A stretch of 32,000 bases of DNA from Candidatus Hadarchaeota archaeon (GCA_964514965.1 CAZETV010000001.1:998739-1030738), one strand, 5' to 3'. Shown: positions 1 through 8,606, counted from the stretch's first letter. Made by a program: numbers and translations. Notes: a model not told the origin generated them from the letters alone.

Positions 1-117
1 CCTGAGATAAAAGATAACGCGGCGTCAAGTTGTGCTTGATAGTAGTCAAGTGGTTGAATCTAGTCATTTTTTGAGTTGTAGTTCTAAGTTTGAAATATCT
101 CAAATTTTGAAGAAATC

Positions 118-125
118 CTTAAATA
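118..125 (+). promoter_or_regulatory. TATA-box-like element (CTTAAATA) about 24 nt upstream of the 5' end of the structured RNA at 149-380
   Basis: AT-rich octamer in non-coding DNA. Its spacing to the first G of the terminal helix (149) fits the usual archaeal TATA-to-start distance. Confidence 0.35.
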
Positions 126-148
126 GACTGGTGCTTTAGCTAGAGGGT

Positions 149-380
149 GGCGGGGATAAAAGCCTGCAGAGGAGGCCAAACCGGAGCCTAAGGGCAACGG
201 GGAGCCGCGTAAAAACCCGGGCGAAAAACCGGGGGAGGACGCGGATAAATCCTGTGGAAGAACAGGACAAAGTAACGACTGCGGGAAAAAGATCCTAACG
301 TGAAAAAGCAACGAATGAGTGAAGTGGTCGAGATTCACGAACTCGTTGAAGGAGTAATGGAAGGGTCGAAATCCCCGCCA
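149..380 (+). ncRNA. Stable structured RNA of about 232 nt. Best guess is a compact RNase P RNA, but identity is not proven.
   Basis: No credible ORF. A 9-bp terminal helix pairs GGCGGGGAT (149-157) with ATCCCCGCC (371-379). Nested helices are 163-169/279-285, 205-209/240-244, 216-220/229-233, 251-255/262-266, 299-304/334-339 and 329-332/342-345. Linkers are purine/A-rich. Three strings occur in the RNase P order: AGTAACGAC (271-279), GCAACGAATGAG (308-319), GAGTGAAGTGG (317-327). A TATA-like box lies upstream and a T-tract downstream. Canonical CR-I and CR-V are not recognisable. Confidence 0.5.
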
Positions 381-389
381 TTTTCTTTT
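381..389 (+). terminator. Oligo-T tract (TTTTCTTTT) immediately after the RNA terminal helix
   Basis: Archaeal terminators are typically T-runs. This tract overlaps the stop codon of the convergent reductase gene. Confidence 0.4.
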
Positions 390-1581
390 AGGGTTTCAAC
401 AAGTAGCGTGAGTACTTTAAGATTTTTTTCAGCTCAAGCAAAGGCAGCAATCGCGGTGCGTTGACTAGGAGGGCTCGTAGAAGTTTTTCATGGCAATCGA
501 AGTCAAAGTGTTTGAGCACCAAAGCTCGCACGTCTTCTTTCTTCAGAAGCTCGAATATTAAATTTAGATCCTCATCGGTCATTCGTTCAAAAACCTTGCG
601 TGCACGAATTCCCAACTCAAACTCACGACCAAACCTCTTCATCACAGCTTGTTCATACGCGCGAAGCTTCTTGGAGTTGGGTTCGCTTTTGAGGGCATCT
701 GTCGCGACTTCGGCTGCAAGTTTGGCACAAGAAAGCCCGACATAGATGCCGCCTCCCGTAAGTGGCTTGACATGACCTGCGGCGTCTCCCACCAGCATCA
801 CGCGGTCAGTGCAGATTTTCCTCGTCATAGGTTGGGGGATTAGTCCAGTGAAGAAGTTGAGGGTTTTATCGGGTTGAATTTTGGTGGATACTATTGGGCA
901 GTTTTTTACAAAAGAGAGGAGCTTCTCGATGGCATTGCCTTGGGAGGTGCCGAGCCCCACGCGGCAGAGGTTGCCAGCAGGGGTCAACCAAGCAAAGAAA
1001 CCCGGCGCAAAAGAGTTGCCGAAGCAAAGCTCGGCGGTGTCGGATCGGACGCTCGCAAAGGTTTCGAGCTGAGCGCATTTGAGGTAGCGTGAAGTTTTCA
1101 GCAAACCTGCCTCCCGCGCGACAATCGAAGCTGGGCCGTCCGCACCAATTACTAAACGTGCCTTGATTTCAGTTTCGCACGCGCCCTTGAGCTTCACCAC
1201 AGGCTCGCGCCCGAGTTTGAGTCCCGCGCACCTCGTCTTTAGGAGCAGAGTGGCTCCAGCTTTCACGGCTTTCCTCGCTAGTTCCCGGTCGAAAGCAGCA
1301 CGATCGATCACGAATGCCTCCACATTGCCGCGACTTATCTCGATAGGCTCGTTAGATGGAGGATAAAAAATGGCGCGACGAAGCTTCCCGAGCACCCATT
1401 TCCCCAAATTAATTTTCAACTCTCGGAGACCACCTGTCCCGACTATACCAGCGCAGCAAGCGGGATTTCCGACTTCGCCGTGTTCTTCCACAATTACAAC
1501 TTTCAACCCACGTTTGGCAAGCGCCTCACCGACAAAACATCCCGCAGGACCTCCGCCAACCACAGCAATATCTGCCCACAA
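388..1581 (-). CDS. Geranylgeranyl reductase family flavoprotein (digeranylgeranylglycerophospholipid reductase-like)
   Basis: 397-aa ORF with an N-terminal FAD-binding VVGGGPAGC, an internal IGADGPAS and a C-terminal LVGDAAGHVKPLTGGG, as in the archaeal GGR family. Confidence 0.85.
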   Translation of the reverse strand: MWADIAVVGGGPAGCFVGEALAKRGLKVVIVEEHGEVGNPACCAGIVGTGGLRELKINLGKWVLGKLRRAIFYPPSNEPIEISRGNVEAFVIDRAAFDRELARKAVKAGATLLLKTRCAGLKLGREPVVKLKGACETEIKARLVIGADGPASIVAREAGLLKTSRYLKCAQLETFASVRSDTAELCFGNSFAPGFFAWLTPAGNLCRVGLGTSQGNAIEKLLSFVKNCPIVSTKIQPDKTLNFFTGLIPQPMTRKICTDRVMLVGDAAGHVKPLTGGGIYVGLSCAKLAAEVATDALKSEPNSKKLRAYEQAVMKRFGREFELGIRARKVFERMTDEDLNLIFELLKKEDVRALVLKHFDFDCHEKLLRALLVNAPRLLPLLELKKILKYSRYLLKP

Positions 1582-1636
1582 CCCAGCACCTTACAACTTT
1601 TTTAAGTCACAATAGATAACCCTAACGAGTGGTTGA

Positions 1637-2161
1637 ATGCTCGATGTGCTAGCGTACGTGCTCTTCGGCCTGTTTGTCCTGATGGCGCCAGGCTTCCTAT
1701 TCACGCTCGTGCTCTACCCACGTAAGGAGAGCTTCGATTTCTGGCAGCGCATGGGAGCTAGCTTGGGCTTGGGTGTGATCGTGCTCATCTATCTCGGTTT
1801 TGTGCTCGCTCAGCCAGGCTTGAAAATGCTCGCCTTGGCGCCATTCGTGCTAGCAGTATTTGGCGTGTGCCTGCTTTTTGCGCTCATAGCATATTGGCGT
1901 GGAGGCTTGGATGTGCTCATAATTTATGAACGTGCATTAATGCGAAAGATAAGTAAACTGAGACGGCCCAAGCCTAAGCCAGTTCCATCCGAGGAAAAAC
2001 CAACCCTACCTGAGCTACCGCCCCAGCCAAAAGAGCCGCCGACTCCGCCTGAGGAGAAACCAGCTCCTCCAACCGAAGAGCGGCCAGCCCCATCTGAAGA
2101 GCAACCAAATCAACCGCCTCAATCCTCCGGAGGGAAGCGAGAAAGTGGCGAAAGTGTTTAA
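1637..2161 (+). CDS. Membrane protein with a Pro/Glu/Lys-rich repetitive C-terminal tail
   Basis: 174-aa ORF. It has about three hydrophobic helices followed by about four imperfect PxEE(K/R)PxxP repeats. It overlaps the pth2 start by 17 nt. Confidence 0.55.
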   Translation: MLDVLAYVLFGLFVLMAPGFLFTLVLYPRKESFDFWQRMGASLGLGVIVLIYLGFVLAQPGLKMLALAPFVLAVFGVCLLFALIAYWRGGLDVLIIYERALMRKISKLRRPKPKPVPSEEKPTLPELPPQPKEPPTPPEEKPAPPTEERPAPSEEQPNQPPQSSGGKRESGESV

Positions 2162-2510
2162 GTGCAAGCAAGTCATCGTCGTTCGAGCCGACCTTAAAAT
2201 GAGCCCGGGAAAGCTTGCGACACAGGTTGCGCATGGAGCGGTTGCCGCTTTTGAACGTGTGCGCAAAGAGCACCGTGAATGGGCAGAAGTTTGGTTGAAC
2301 GAGGGGCAGAAAAAAGTGGTGGTCAAAGTGGCGGGCGAGCAAGAGTTATTAAAACTACAAAAGCGCGCGGAGGAACTTGGCGTTTCCGCTGAGCTGATTC
2401 AAGATGCCGGATTGACCGAGTTGCCCCCAAGTACGACGACGGTGCTCGCAATTGGTCCCGCGCTAAACGAGGTTGTGGACCCGCTTACGGGCAATTTGCC
2501 TCTCCTTTAG
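2145..2510 (+). CDS. pth2: Peptidyl-tRNA hydrolase, archaeal/eukaryotic type (Pth2)
   Basis: 121-aa ORF. KQVIVVRADLKMSPGKLATQVAHGAV and GLTELPPSTTTVLAIGP blocks are typical of Pth2. Confidence 0.9.
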   Translation: MAKVFKCKQVIVVRADLKMSPGKLATQVAHGAVAAFERVRKEHREWAEVWLNEGQKKVVVKVAGEQELLKLQKRAEELGVSAELIQDAGLTELPPSTTTVLAIGPALNEVVDPLTGNLPLL

Positions 2511-3503
2511 GTGAAAGAGATGAAGCTAAGCGATGTTGGTGAACGAACGCTGGTCGAGCTTGCCCGCAAAATTTTCAAGCGTGGAGCCCATGTCAGAGTA
2601 GGTATAGGCGATGATGCAGCCGTGCTAGATCTGGATAGTTTCAAGTGTGCGGTTTTGACGACTGATATGCTCGCCGCAAGCAGGCATTTCCCACATGGCA
2701 CCTCACCCGAGCAAATGGGCCGCAAGGCGGTCGTGGTCAACTTGAGTGACCTAGCAGCGATGGGCGCAGAGCCGCTGGGGCTGATTTTTTCGGTGGGTTT
2801 GCCGAGGGGGCTTAAGGTTAAATTTGTCGAGCGACTCGTGCGGAGCATGGATATAGCCGCACGCGAACACGGCACCTACATTGTCGGTGGAGACTTAGAC
2901 GAGACCGAAGAGATAGTCATATCGGGGATGGCTTTAGGCGTGGTTCGCAGGCGGGAATTCTTAACGCGATCCGGAGCGAAAGTTGGCGACATCATCGCGG
3001 TAACCGGCAAACTTGGAGCTGCCGCTGCGGGTTTGAAGCTACTTCTCAAACGGCTCCCGGTCAATAGCTATCGTGCGCTGGTTAGAGCCCAGCTCGAACC
3101 GAGAGCGCGCGTGCGAGAGGGTAGAGCTTTGGTGCGGAGTGGCCTCGTTACATCAGCGATAGATGTGACAGATGGGCTGGCAGCAAATATCTGGCAGCTT
3201 GCAAAGGAGAGCAAGATGAAAATTGTTATTGATCGCGATGATATACCCGAACACCCGCTCGTCAGAAAATTCGCGGTCCAGCATGGTTTCAATGTGGATG
3301 ATTTCGTGCTTGTTGGAGGGGAAGATTTTGAATTGCTCTTCACGGTCCGCCCGCGAGGATGGGAAAAAGTTCGGCTGACGCTCAAGCGCGTGGGCACAAC
3401 GGCAACTAAGATTGGATGTGTAACCAAAGGCAGGGGAGTTTTTATTAGAACTAATGGAAAGACACGAAAGTTGCCAGACCGCGGTTACGAGCATTTCAGA
3501 TGA
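2511..3503 (+). CDS. thiL: Thiamine-monophosphate kinase (AIR synthase-related fold)
   Basis: 330-aa ORF with GTG start. Blocks GIGDDAAVL, LTTDML..HF, VVNLSDLAAMGAEP and IVGGDL occur in ThiL order. Confidence 0.75.
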   Translation: MKEMKLSDVGERTLVELARKIFKRGAHVRVGIGDDAAVLDLDSFKCAVLTTDMLAASRHFPHGTSPEQMGRKAVVVNLSDLAAMGAEPLGLIFSVGLPRGLKVKFVERLVRSMDIAAREHGTYIVGGDLDETEEIVISGMALGVVRRREFLTRSGAKVGDIIAVTGKLGAAAAGLKLLLKRLPVNSYRALVRAQLEPRARVREGRALVRSGLVTSAIDVTDGLAANIWQLAKESKMKIVIDRDDIPEHPLVRKFAVQHGFNVDDFVLVGGEDFELLFTVRPRGWEKVRLTLKRVGTTATKIGCVTKGRGVFIRTNGKTRKLPDRGYEHFR

Positions 3504-3598
3504 GTAAGAATATGACACATGATTTGCGAATAAAAATCGGCTGACAGATAAATTAGTAAATCTTTGATTTCCCTTTTGGTCTAGGATAATTCCTCTTT

Positions 3599-4324
3599 TC
3601 ACTCGATTGGCACTAAACGGTACCCGCCTACAGGAGCAGCTATATTCCCTGACCCTGAATATGGGGCCATAATCCCATTTTCGAAATCATATGCTGCGAC
3701 ACCCATTACGCCAATATTTTTCTTCACTAAGCCTAATTTTGCTGGGCAGTAGGTTTTGTCAGGCTCATTCCCCGCGGCTGCTACGACCATGACGCCAGCC
3801 TTTGCGGCATCCTCGGCCGCACGACATATTTTACACTCTCCCTTGCAATCCCATATGCCCCATTTCTTCCAGTACAAGCCGACACTGAGATTGATTATCT
3901 GAGCTCCTTCTTTCACCGCCCATTGGATTCCATTTATCAAATTTTCCTCCGACCCTCTCCCCTCTGAATCCATGACCTTCACGTTAAGAAGACTCACGTC
4001 TGGGGCGGTAGCGAGCAAAATAAGAGCGACCATCGTCCCGTGTCCATTTAGGTCTTCGACCCCTTCTCCGGTAAAGTCTTCAGATTTTTCCGTGCTGCGC
4101 TTAATCCAGGGATGGTCAAGCATGAGCCCTGTGTCAATGACGGCTACTTTCACCCCCGAACCTGTATGTCCATTTTTATGCATTTTTTTGATGCCTTCAA
4201 ATGAGGGATGTTCAGGAAGCATGGGGGCGAAATATTTGCCAGTTGCCGAGTCGTGAAGCAAATTTAAGTAGGCACCTTTTTTACCGGGTATTCCGCCTAA
4301 AATTTCTACTCTTTTTTCGTTCAT
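3599..4324 (-). CDS. Subtilisin-like (S8) protease homolog, truncated before the catalytic Ser motif
   Basis: 241-aa ORF with the Asp block VAVIDTGL, the His block NGHGTMVA and the oxyanion Asn block AAAGNE. The ORF ends at ...IAAPVGGYRLVPIE. No GTSMA-type Ser block exists in any frame downstream. Confidence 0.6.
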   Translation of the reverse strand: MNEKRVEILGGIPGKKGAYLNLLHDSATGKYFAPMLPEHPSFEGIKKMHKNGHTGSGVKVAVIDTGLMLDHPWIKRSTEKSEDFTGEGVEDLNGHGTMVALILLATAPDVSLLNVKVMDSEGRGSEENLINGIQWAVKEGAQIINLSVGLYWKKWGIWDCKGECKICRAAEDAAKAGVMVVAAAGNEPDKTYCPAKLGLVKKNIGVMGVAAYDFENGIMAPYSGSGNIAAPVGGYRLVPIE

Positions 4325-4333
4325 GCGGTCACC

Positions 4334-4675
4334 CTATGTTGCTGCGACAAGAAGAACGATTGCCACGACGAGTATAACCAGAAATAAAACGGGGATTATC
4401 CTAGCCAATCTCTCTGTTAAGCTGTACTTCTCTCCTTCTTCTAAAACCACTATCCCCTTTGGGAGTCTGAGGGCGATAGTGCTCGCCAGCGCAGCTCCCA
4501 CAACTAAAACAGCGAGCCCGGTTTGAGTGGTTTTTACTTTGATATCGCCTAAGCTACCCTCAAAAACTGTTGACCCCCCAAAACCAAGGATAGCAACTAT
4601 CGCTCCAAAGAGGGATAGAATGATGCCAGTCCATATTAGGGCTGTATAAGTGATAGACACCCTATTTTTCGACAT
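4334..4675 (-). CDS. Small integral membrane protein (about 3 TM), co-oriented with the subtilase homolog
   Basis: 113-aa hydrophobic ORF whose stop lies 10 nt upstream of the subtilase-like start. No recognisable family. Confidence 0.5.
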   Translation of the reverse strand: MSKNRVSITYTALIWTGIILSLFGAIVAILGFGGSTVFEGSLGDIKVKTTQTGLAVLVVGAALASTIALRLPKGIVVLEEGEKYSLTERLARIIPVLFLVILVVAIVLLVAAT

Positions 4676-4955
4676 TTTTCGTCACCTTTTTTGGGTTATC
4701 CCGTATCGTACTGTTTAAGATAATAATGACGACCCTTGTAACCTTGATTTATCGCTTTCTAAATTCATCAACAGCATTTTTAATCGTCTTTTCAAGTTTG
4801 CTTATCCTCTCAACCTCCTAAATTTCCCCCCACGTTTTTAACGCGCGGGCAACAATTTTTCTGGCATTTTATGAACATATAAGTTTACCCAATATTGTAA
4901 TTTTTGGAAGTAGATATTGGGAGAGTAATCTATATCTCCAGTTTGGGGGAAAATC

Positions 4956-6542
4956 GTGTCCCGCAACCCTCATAACTCTTTCTCACCTTGTGTTTTTGGG
5001 ATTAAGTTGGATATCCAAGCAATCACCGACGGGCTGAGCTTCCAAGAGAAAAAAGTCCTACTTGCTCTTCAAGAACTTGGCGGGAGAGCTGAGATACCAA
5101 ACCTTGCTGGACACGCCGGCCTTGACCAGTCCGCTATAATGCGTGCTGTGCTCGCCCTATCCGAACATGGTCTGGTGGAGGTGCGGGAGAAAAAGTCTTC
5201 GAAAGTCGTAATTCTTCCAGAAGGTCTAGAATACTCTCGCGATGGGTTGCCCGAACGTAGGATGCTCGTGGCTTTGGCCAGCTGCGGCCCGGGAGTCGTC
5301 AACGAGATAGCCGACAGCGCCAACCTGAGGGAGGAACGAACGCAGATTGCGCTCGTGTGGCTCAGGCGCAAGGGCTGGGCGGAATTTACCAAGAAGGATG
5401 AAAAGACCGTGCTAGCCATGACGGAAAGCGGCGGAGAAGCTCTTTCCCAGAAGTTGGCCGACGAAAAGCTGCTCGATTTGCTAGCAGCTCAGGCACGCAA
5501 CTTAGACGAGTTGTCTGTTGATCTGAAAGAACCGCTTTACACTTTGGTGGAGCGGAAGCTGGTTAAAATCGAGGATGAAACATGGCGTGAGCTGGAGCTG
5601 TCCGATCTGGGAAATCAGGTGCTGAAGCTGGGCATCAAACTTGTCGAAGAAGTAAGCGAGCTTAGCCACGAGCTGCTCACTAGCGGGCGCTGGCGAGAGG
5701 TAAAATTCAGGCGTTATGATGTGGTAGCCCCGGTGACCCCTGCCCACCCAGGGAAGGTTCACCCCCAGCAGAGGGTCATCGACGAGCTCCGCGAAATTTT
5801 GCTCGAGATGGGGTTCGTCGAGATTAAAAGTAACATTGTGGAATCGGAGTTTTGGAACTTCGACGCCCTCTTTCAAGCTCAAGATCATCCCGCTCGCGAA
5901 ATCCACGACAGTCTCTCTCTCTCGAAGCCGGAACGGACTAAATTGTCATCGCCCGCGTTGGTCAAACGGGTGGCAGCGGCGCACGAGCGCGGTGTCGCAG
6001 GGTCGACGGGCTGGGGCTACAAATTCAACGCCGAAATCAGCCAAAGGCCAATACTGTGCTCGCAGACTACCGCCGCGACCGTTCGCTACTTGGCTTCACA
6101 CCCGGAGCCGCCAGCCAAGGTATTTTGCATCAACCGCGTGTACCGCAATGAAAAAATCGACTACAAACACCTTGCCGAATTCTACCAAGCCGAAGGGATA
6201 GTGATGAACCCCGGGCTTACGCTGCGTGACATGCTCGGATATCTCAAGCAGATAATGGTCAAGCTCGGGTTCTCGAAAATAAGGTTCAGGCCGGGATATT
6301 TCCCTTACACCGAGCCATCGGCAGAAGCGGAGGTATACTTCCCCGAAAAGCGTGAATGGCTTGAGGTTTTGGGTGCGGGAATGTTCAGGCCTGAGTTACT
6401 CCACCCGCTAGGCGTCAAACATCCCGTCCTCGCGTGGGGGATTGGATTCTCGCGTCTGGCCATGATTCGGCTTGGTGTCGAAGATATTCGAGACCTCTTC
6501 AACAACGATCTCGAATGGCTTCATACGAGGAGGAGGGTATAG
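4956..6542 (+). CDS. pheS: Phenylalanine--tRNA ligase alpha subunit (archaeal type)
   Basis: 528-aa ORF with a long N-terminal wHTH-like region. Class II core blocks are FQAQDHPARE, NRVYRNE and GAGMFRPELL...WGIGFSRLAM. The GTG start at 4956 is uncertain; an in-frame TTG at 5007 is an alternative. Confidence 0.92.
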   Translation: MSRNPHNSFSPCVFGIKLDIQAITDGLSFQEKKVLLALQELGGRAEIPNLAGHAGLDQSAIMRAVLALSEHGLVEVREKKSSKVVILPEGLEYSRDGLPERRMLVALASCGPGVVNEIADSANLREERTQIALVWLRRKGWAEFTKKDEKTVLAMTESGGEALSQKLADEKLLDLLAAQARNLDELSVDLKEPLYTLVERKLVKIEDETWRELELSDLGNQVLKLGIKLVEEVSELSHELLTSGRWREVKFRRYDVVAPVTPAHPGKVHPQQRVIDELREILLEMGFVEIKSNIVESEFWNFDALFQAQDHPAREIHDSLSLSKPERTKLSSPALVKRVAAAHERGVAGSTGWGYKFNAEISQRPILCSQTTAATVRYLASHPEPPAKVFCINRVYRNEKIDYKHLAEFYQAEGIVMNPGLTLRDMLGYLKQIMVKLGFSKIRFRPGYFPYTEPSAEAEVYFPEKREWLEVLGAGMFRPELLHPLGVKHPVLAWGIGFSRLAMIRLGVEDIRDLFNNDLEWLHTRRRV

Positions 6543-8183
6543 ATGCCGTCTATCACTGTCAGCTACCACGACCTCTGCAAGCTGGTTGGAAAGCGGATTG
6601 AGCCGAATCACCTCTGTGAGCGTTTGGCCATGCTTGGAATAGAGGCCGAAGCTTCTGACGATGAGCTCAAGCTTGAAATTACACACAACCGCCCTGACCT
6701 GCTCAGCCCCGAAGGAGTAGCACGGGCACTTAGGGGCTTTTTAGGCGTGGAGACCGGATTACCCCTTTACAAGCTGAGCGTTTCTGGAGTGAGTGTTGAG
6801 GTTGACCGGAGTGTTGAGGCCATCCGACCCTTTATCGCGGCTGGCGTTGTGGCAAACGTGAAACTGACCGATGAAATCGTGGCCTCGCTTATGCAGGTCC
6901 AAGAGAAGCTTCACGTCTCGCTATGTAGAAATCGGAAGAAGGGCTCGATAGGTGTCTACGACCTCGACACCGTAAAACCGCCCTTGCGTTACACCACCAC
7001 GTTGCCCGACGGCATTCGCTTCGTCCCGCTGGAATTCGCCCGGGAGCTCACGCCAGTTCAGATTCTGCGCGAACACCCTAAGGGTATTGAATATGGTTCA
7101 ATCATGCAAGAGTGGCCCCGCTACCCGTTACTAGTTGACTCCCAAGGTGTGGTGCTTTCCATGCCCCCAATCATCAACAGCGAGTCCACGCGTGTCACGA
7201 GCAACACAAAACGACTCTTCATTGATGTCACTGGCGAGGACGAGCGCGTGGCTAACCAATCCTTAAAGATTTTGATGACAGGACTGGCGGAGCGGGGTTT
7301 TGAGATTCAGTCAGTCGTGGTTAAATATCCGAGCAGGCGCGTTAAAACGCCCGACCTCCGCCCCAGTCGGCACCGCCTGAGTGTGTGCGCCACGAACGAG
7401 TTTACAGGTCTCAACCTAAAACCTAAGGAAATTGCCGATATTGCGGAACGCATGCGTTATGGCGTTGCGGGCATCAAAGGTAAAATCCTGACACTATTGG
7501 CTCCATCCTATCGAGGCGACCTAATGCACGAGGTTGACCTCATCGAAGATATGGCAATAGGCTACGGCTACGACCGGCTCGAGCCCACGCTGCCTAAGGT
7601 GGTAACCACAGGCGAGCGGGCACCAGTAGAGCGACTCAGTGAGCGGGCTAGGCGAGTTTTGACTGGGTTGGGATTCATGGAGGTTATGACTTACACTCTC
7701 ACCAACCAGCACACGAATTTCGAACTCATGCGGGTAGAGGGCGAGGCTGCAGAAATCGCAAATCCGGTGTCAGAGGAGTACACAATCATCAGAAACTCGT
7801 TGCTCCCCTGCTTGCTCTCTGTGCTGCAAGCGAACCGACGCAACCCGTTGCCGCAGCGCGTGTTTGAGGTGGGGGATGTTTTGGTACTTGACGAACAGGC
7901 TGAAACTAGTGCTAGAGACGTACGCCGTGCCGCAGCAATGGTAATCGGCGAGGAAGCAGGGTTCACCTATCTCAAAGCCGTTGCGGAGGCCTTGCTCCGC
8001 GAGTTAGGCATTTTCTATGAGGTCCGTCCCATCGAGCACTCCAGCTTCTTGGAAGGTCGAGTGGCTGAGTTTGTCTCCGACGGTAAAAGCTTGGGGGTTG
8101 TTGGCGAGATACATCCAGAAGTCATCCTAGGATTCGAGCTCGAGCATCCGGTCGCGGCGTTTGAGCTTGATCTAAAAAAGTAA
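6543..8183 (+). CDS. pheT: Phenylalanine--tRNA ligase beta subunit (archaeal type)
   Basis: 546-aa ORF starting immediately after the pheS stop. Length and blocks (NRPDLLSPEGVARAL, APSYRGDLMHEVDLIEDMAIGYGY) fit archaeal PheT. Confidence 0.92.
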   Translation: MPSITVSYHDLCKLVGKRIEPNHLCERLAMLGIEAEASDDELKLEITHNRPDLLSPEGVARALRGFLGVETGLPLYKLSVSGVSVEVDRSVEAIRPFIAAGVVANVKLTDEIVASLMQVQEKLHVSLCRNRKKGSIGVYDLDTVKPPLRYTTTLPDGIRFVPLEFARELTPVQILREHPKGIEYGSIMQEWPRYPLLVDSQGVVLSMPPIINSESTRVTSNTKRLFIDVTGEDERVANQSLKILMTGLAERGFEIQSVVVKYPSRRVKTPDLRPSRHRLSVCATNEFTGLNLKPKEIADIAERMRYGVAGIKGKILTLLAPSYRGDLMHEVDLIEDMAIGYGYDRLEPTLPKVVTTGERAPVERLSERARRVLTGLGFMEVMTYTLTNQHTNFELMRVEGEAAEIANPVSEEYTIIRNSLLPCLLSVLQANRRNPLPQRVFEVGDVLVLDEQAETSARDVRRAAAMVIGEEAGFTYLKAVAEALLRELGIFYEVRPIEHSSFLEGRVAEFVSDGKSLGVVGEIHPEVILGFELEHPVAAFELDLKK

Positions 8184-8214
8184 GGCTTTTACTCCACGAA
8201 AAACCAACTTAAAC

Positions 8215-8500
8215 TGCGATGAAGGAATAAACCCGTGGTAATCGAGAGCTGGCGTGATTTATGAGCGTCGGTGCATCACTGCGGGAACACTGGAGCAATC
8301 CGTCGGCAATCGTGCCAAAAATTGGGTCCTCGTCCGAGCGATTGGCGGGAACACCTAGTGATGATTTCGAGACAACCCTGGTGCGGAACACGGCGGGCGG
8401 CCCCCGAGAAAATCCGCCATCGAGGGTTAGCGGGTGAAGGACGTCTAAAAGACAGCCCATGAAGCCCGCTGTTAGTTGTGTCGGAGACATTGGGGGCCAA
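8215..8500 (+). ncRNA. Candidate stable RNA of about 290 nt. Best guess is SRP (7S) RNA; identity is uncertain.
   Basis: GC-rich gap with no sensible ORF. TGGTAATC (8236-8243) resembles the SRP Alu UGUAAU motif. CTGGTGCGGAACACGGCGGGCGG (8378-8400) resembles the helix-8 CAGGUCCGGAAG..AGCAGG region and sits at the expected relative position. A 10-bp helix pairs 8339-8349 with 8413-8422. A T-tract follows at 8501-8510. The 5' boundary is not defined. Confidence 0.35.
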
Positions 8501-8510
8501 TTTCGTTTTT
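8501..8510 (+). terminator. Oligo-T tract (TTTCGTTTTT) after the candidate RNA
   Basis: T-run directly following the GC-rich structured segment. Confidence 0.35.
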
Positions 8511-8527
8511 CTGTTCATATTTGTAAG

Positions 8528-8582
8528 GCGAAAAAGAATATTCGCAAAATCCGAAGATAAGCTTAAATTTACTGAAATTCGG
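8528..8582 (+). promoter_or_regulatory. Promoter region of the pilus ATPase operon with two short inverted repeats around a TATA-like box
   Basis: GCGAA (8528-8532)/TTCGC (8541-8545) and CCGAA (8551-8555)/TTCGG (8578-8582). The second pair encloses GCTTAAATTTA. A GGGGGTGA SD-like string precedes the GTG at 8607. Confidence 0.35.
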
Positions 8583-8606
8583 TTAACTTTGGGGGTGAGC
8601 GGGTAA

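Noticed and set aside
84-338. 84-aa minus-strand ORF in the track
   Set aside because: It has low-complexity Pro/Ser/Leu-rich content and lies antisense to a segment with strong RNA secondary structure, its own promoter and its own terminator. It is not credible as a protein.
355-380. tRNA-like T-arm/acceptor string (GGGTCGAAATCCCCGCCA)
   Set aside because: No D-arm or anticodon arm can be built after the matching 5' strand GGCGGGG at 149. The 5' and 3' strands are 215 nt apart. It is better explained as the closing helix of a larger RNA.
3153-3602. 149-aa minus-strand ORF antisense to the thiL 3' end
   Set aside because: It lies entirely antisense to a well-supported gene and has no motifs. 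I also checked it as a possible continuation of the truncated subtilase, and it contains no Ser-motif block.
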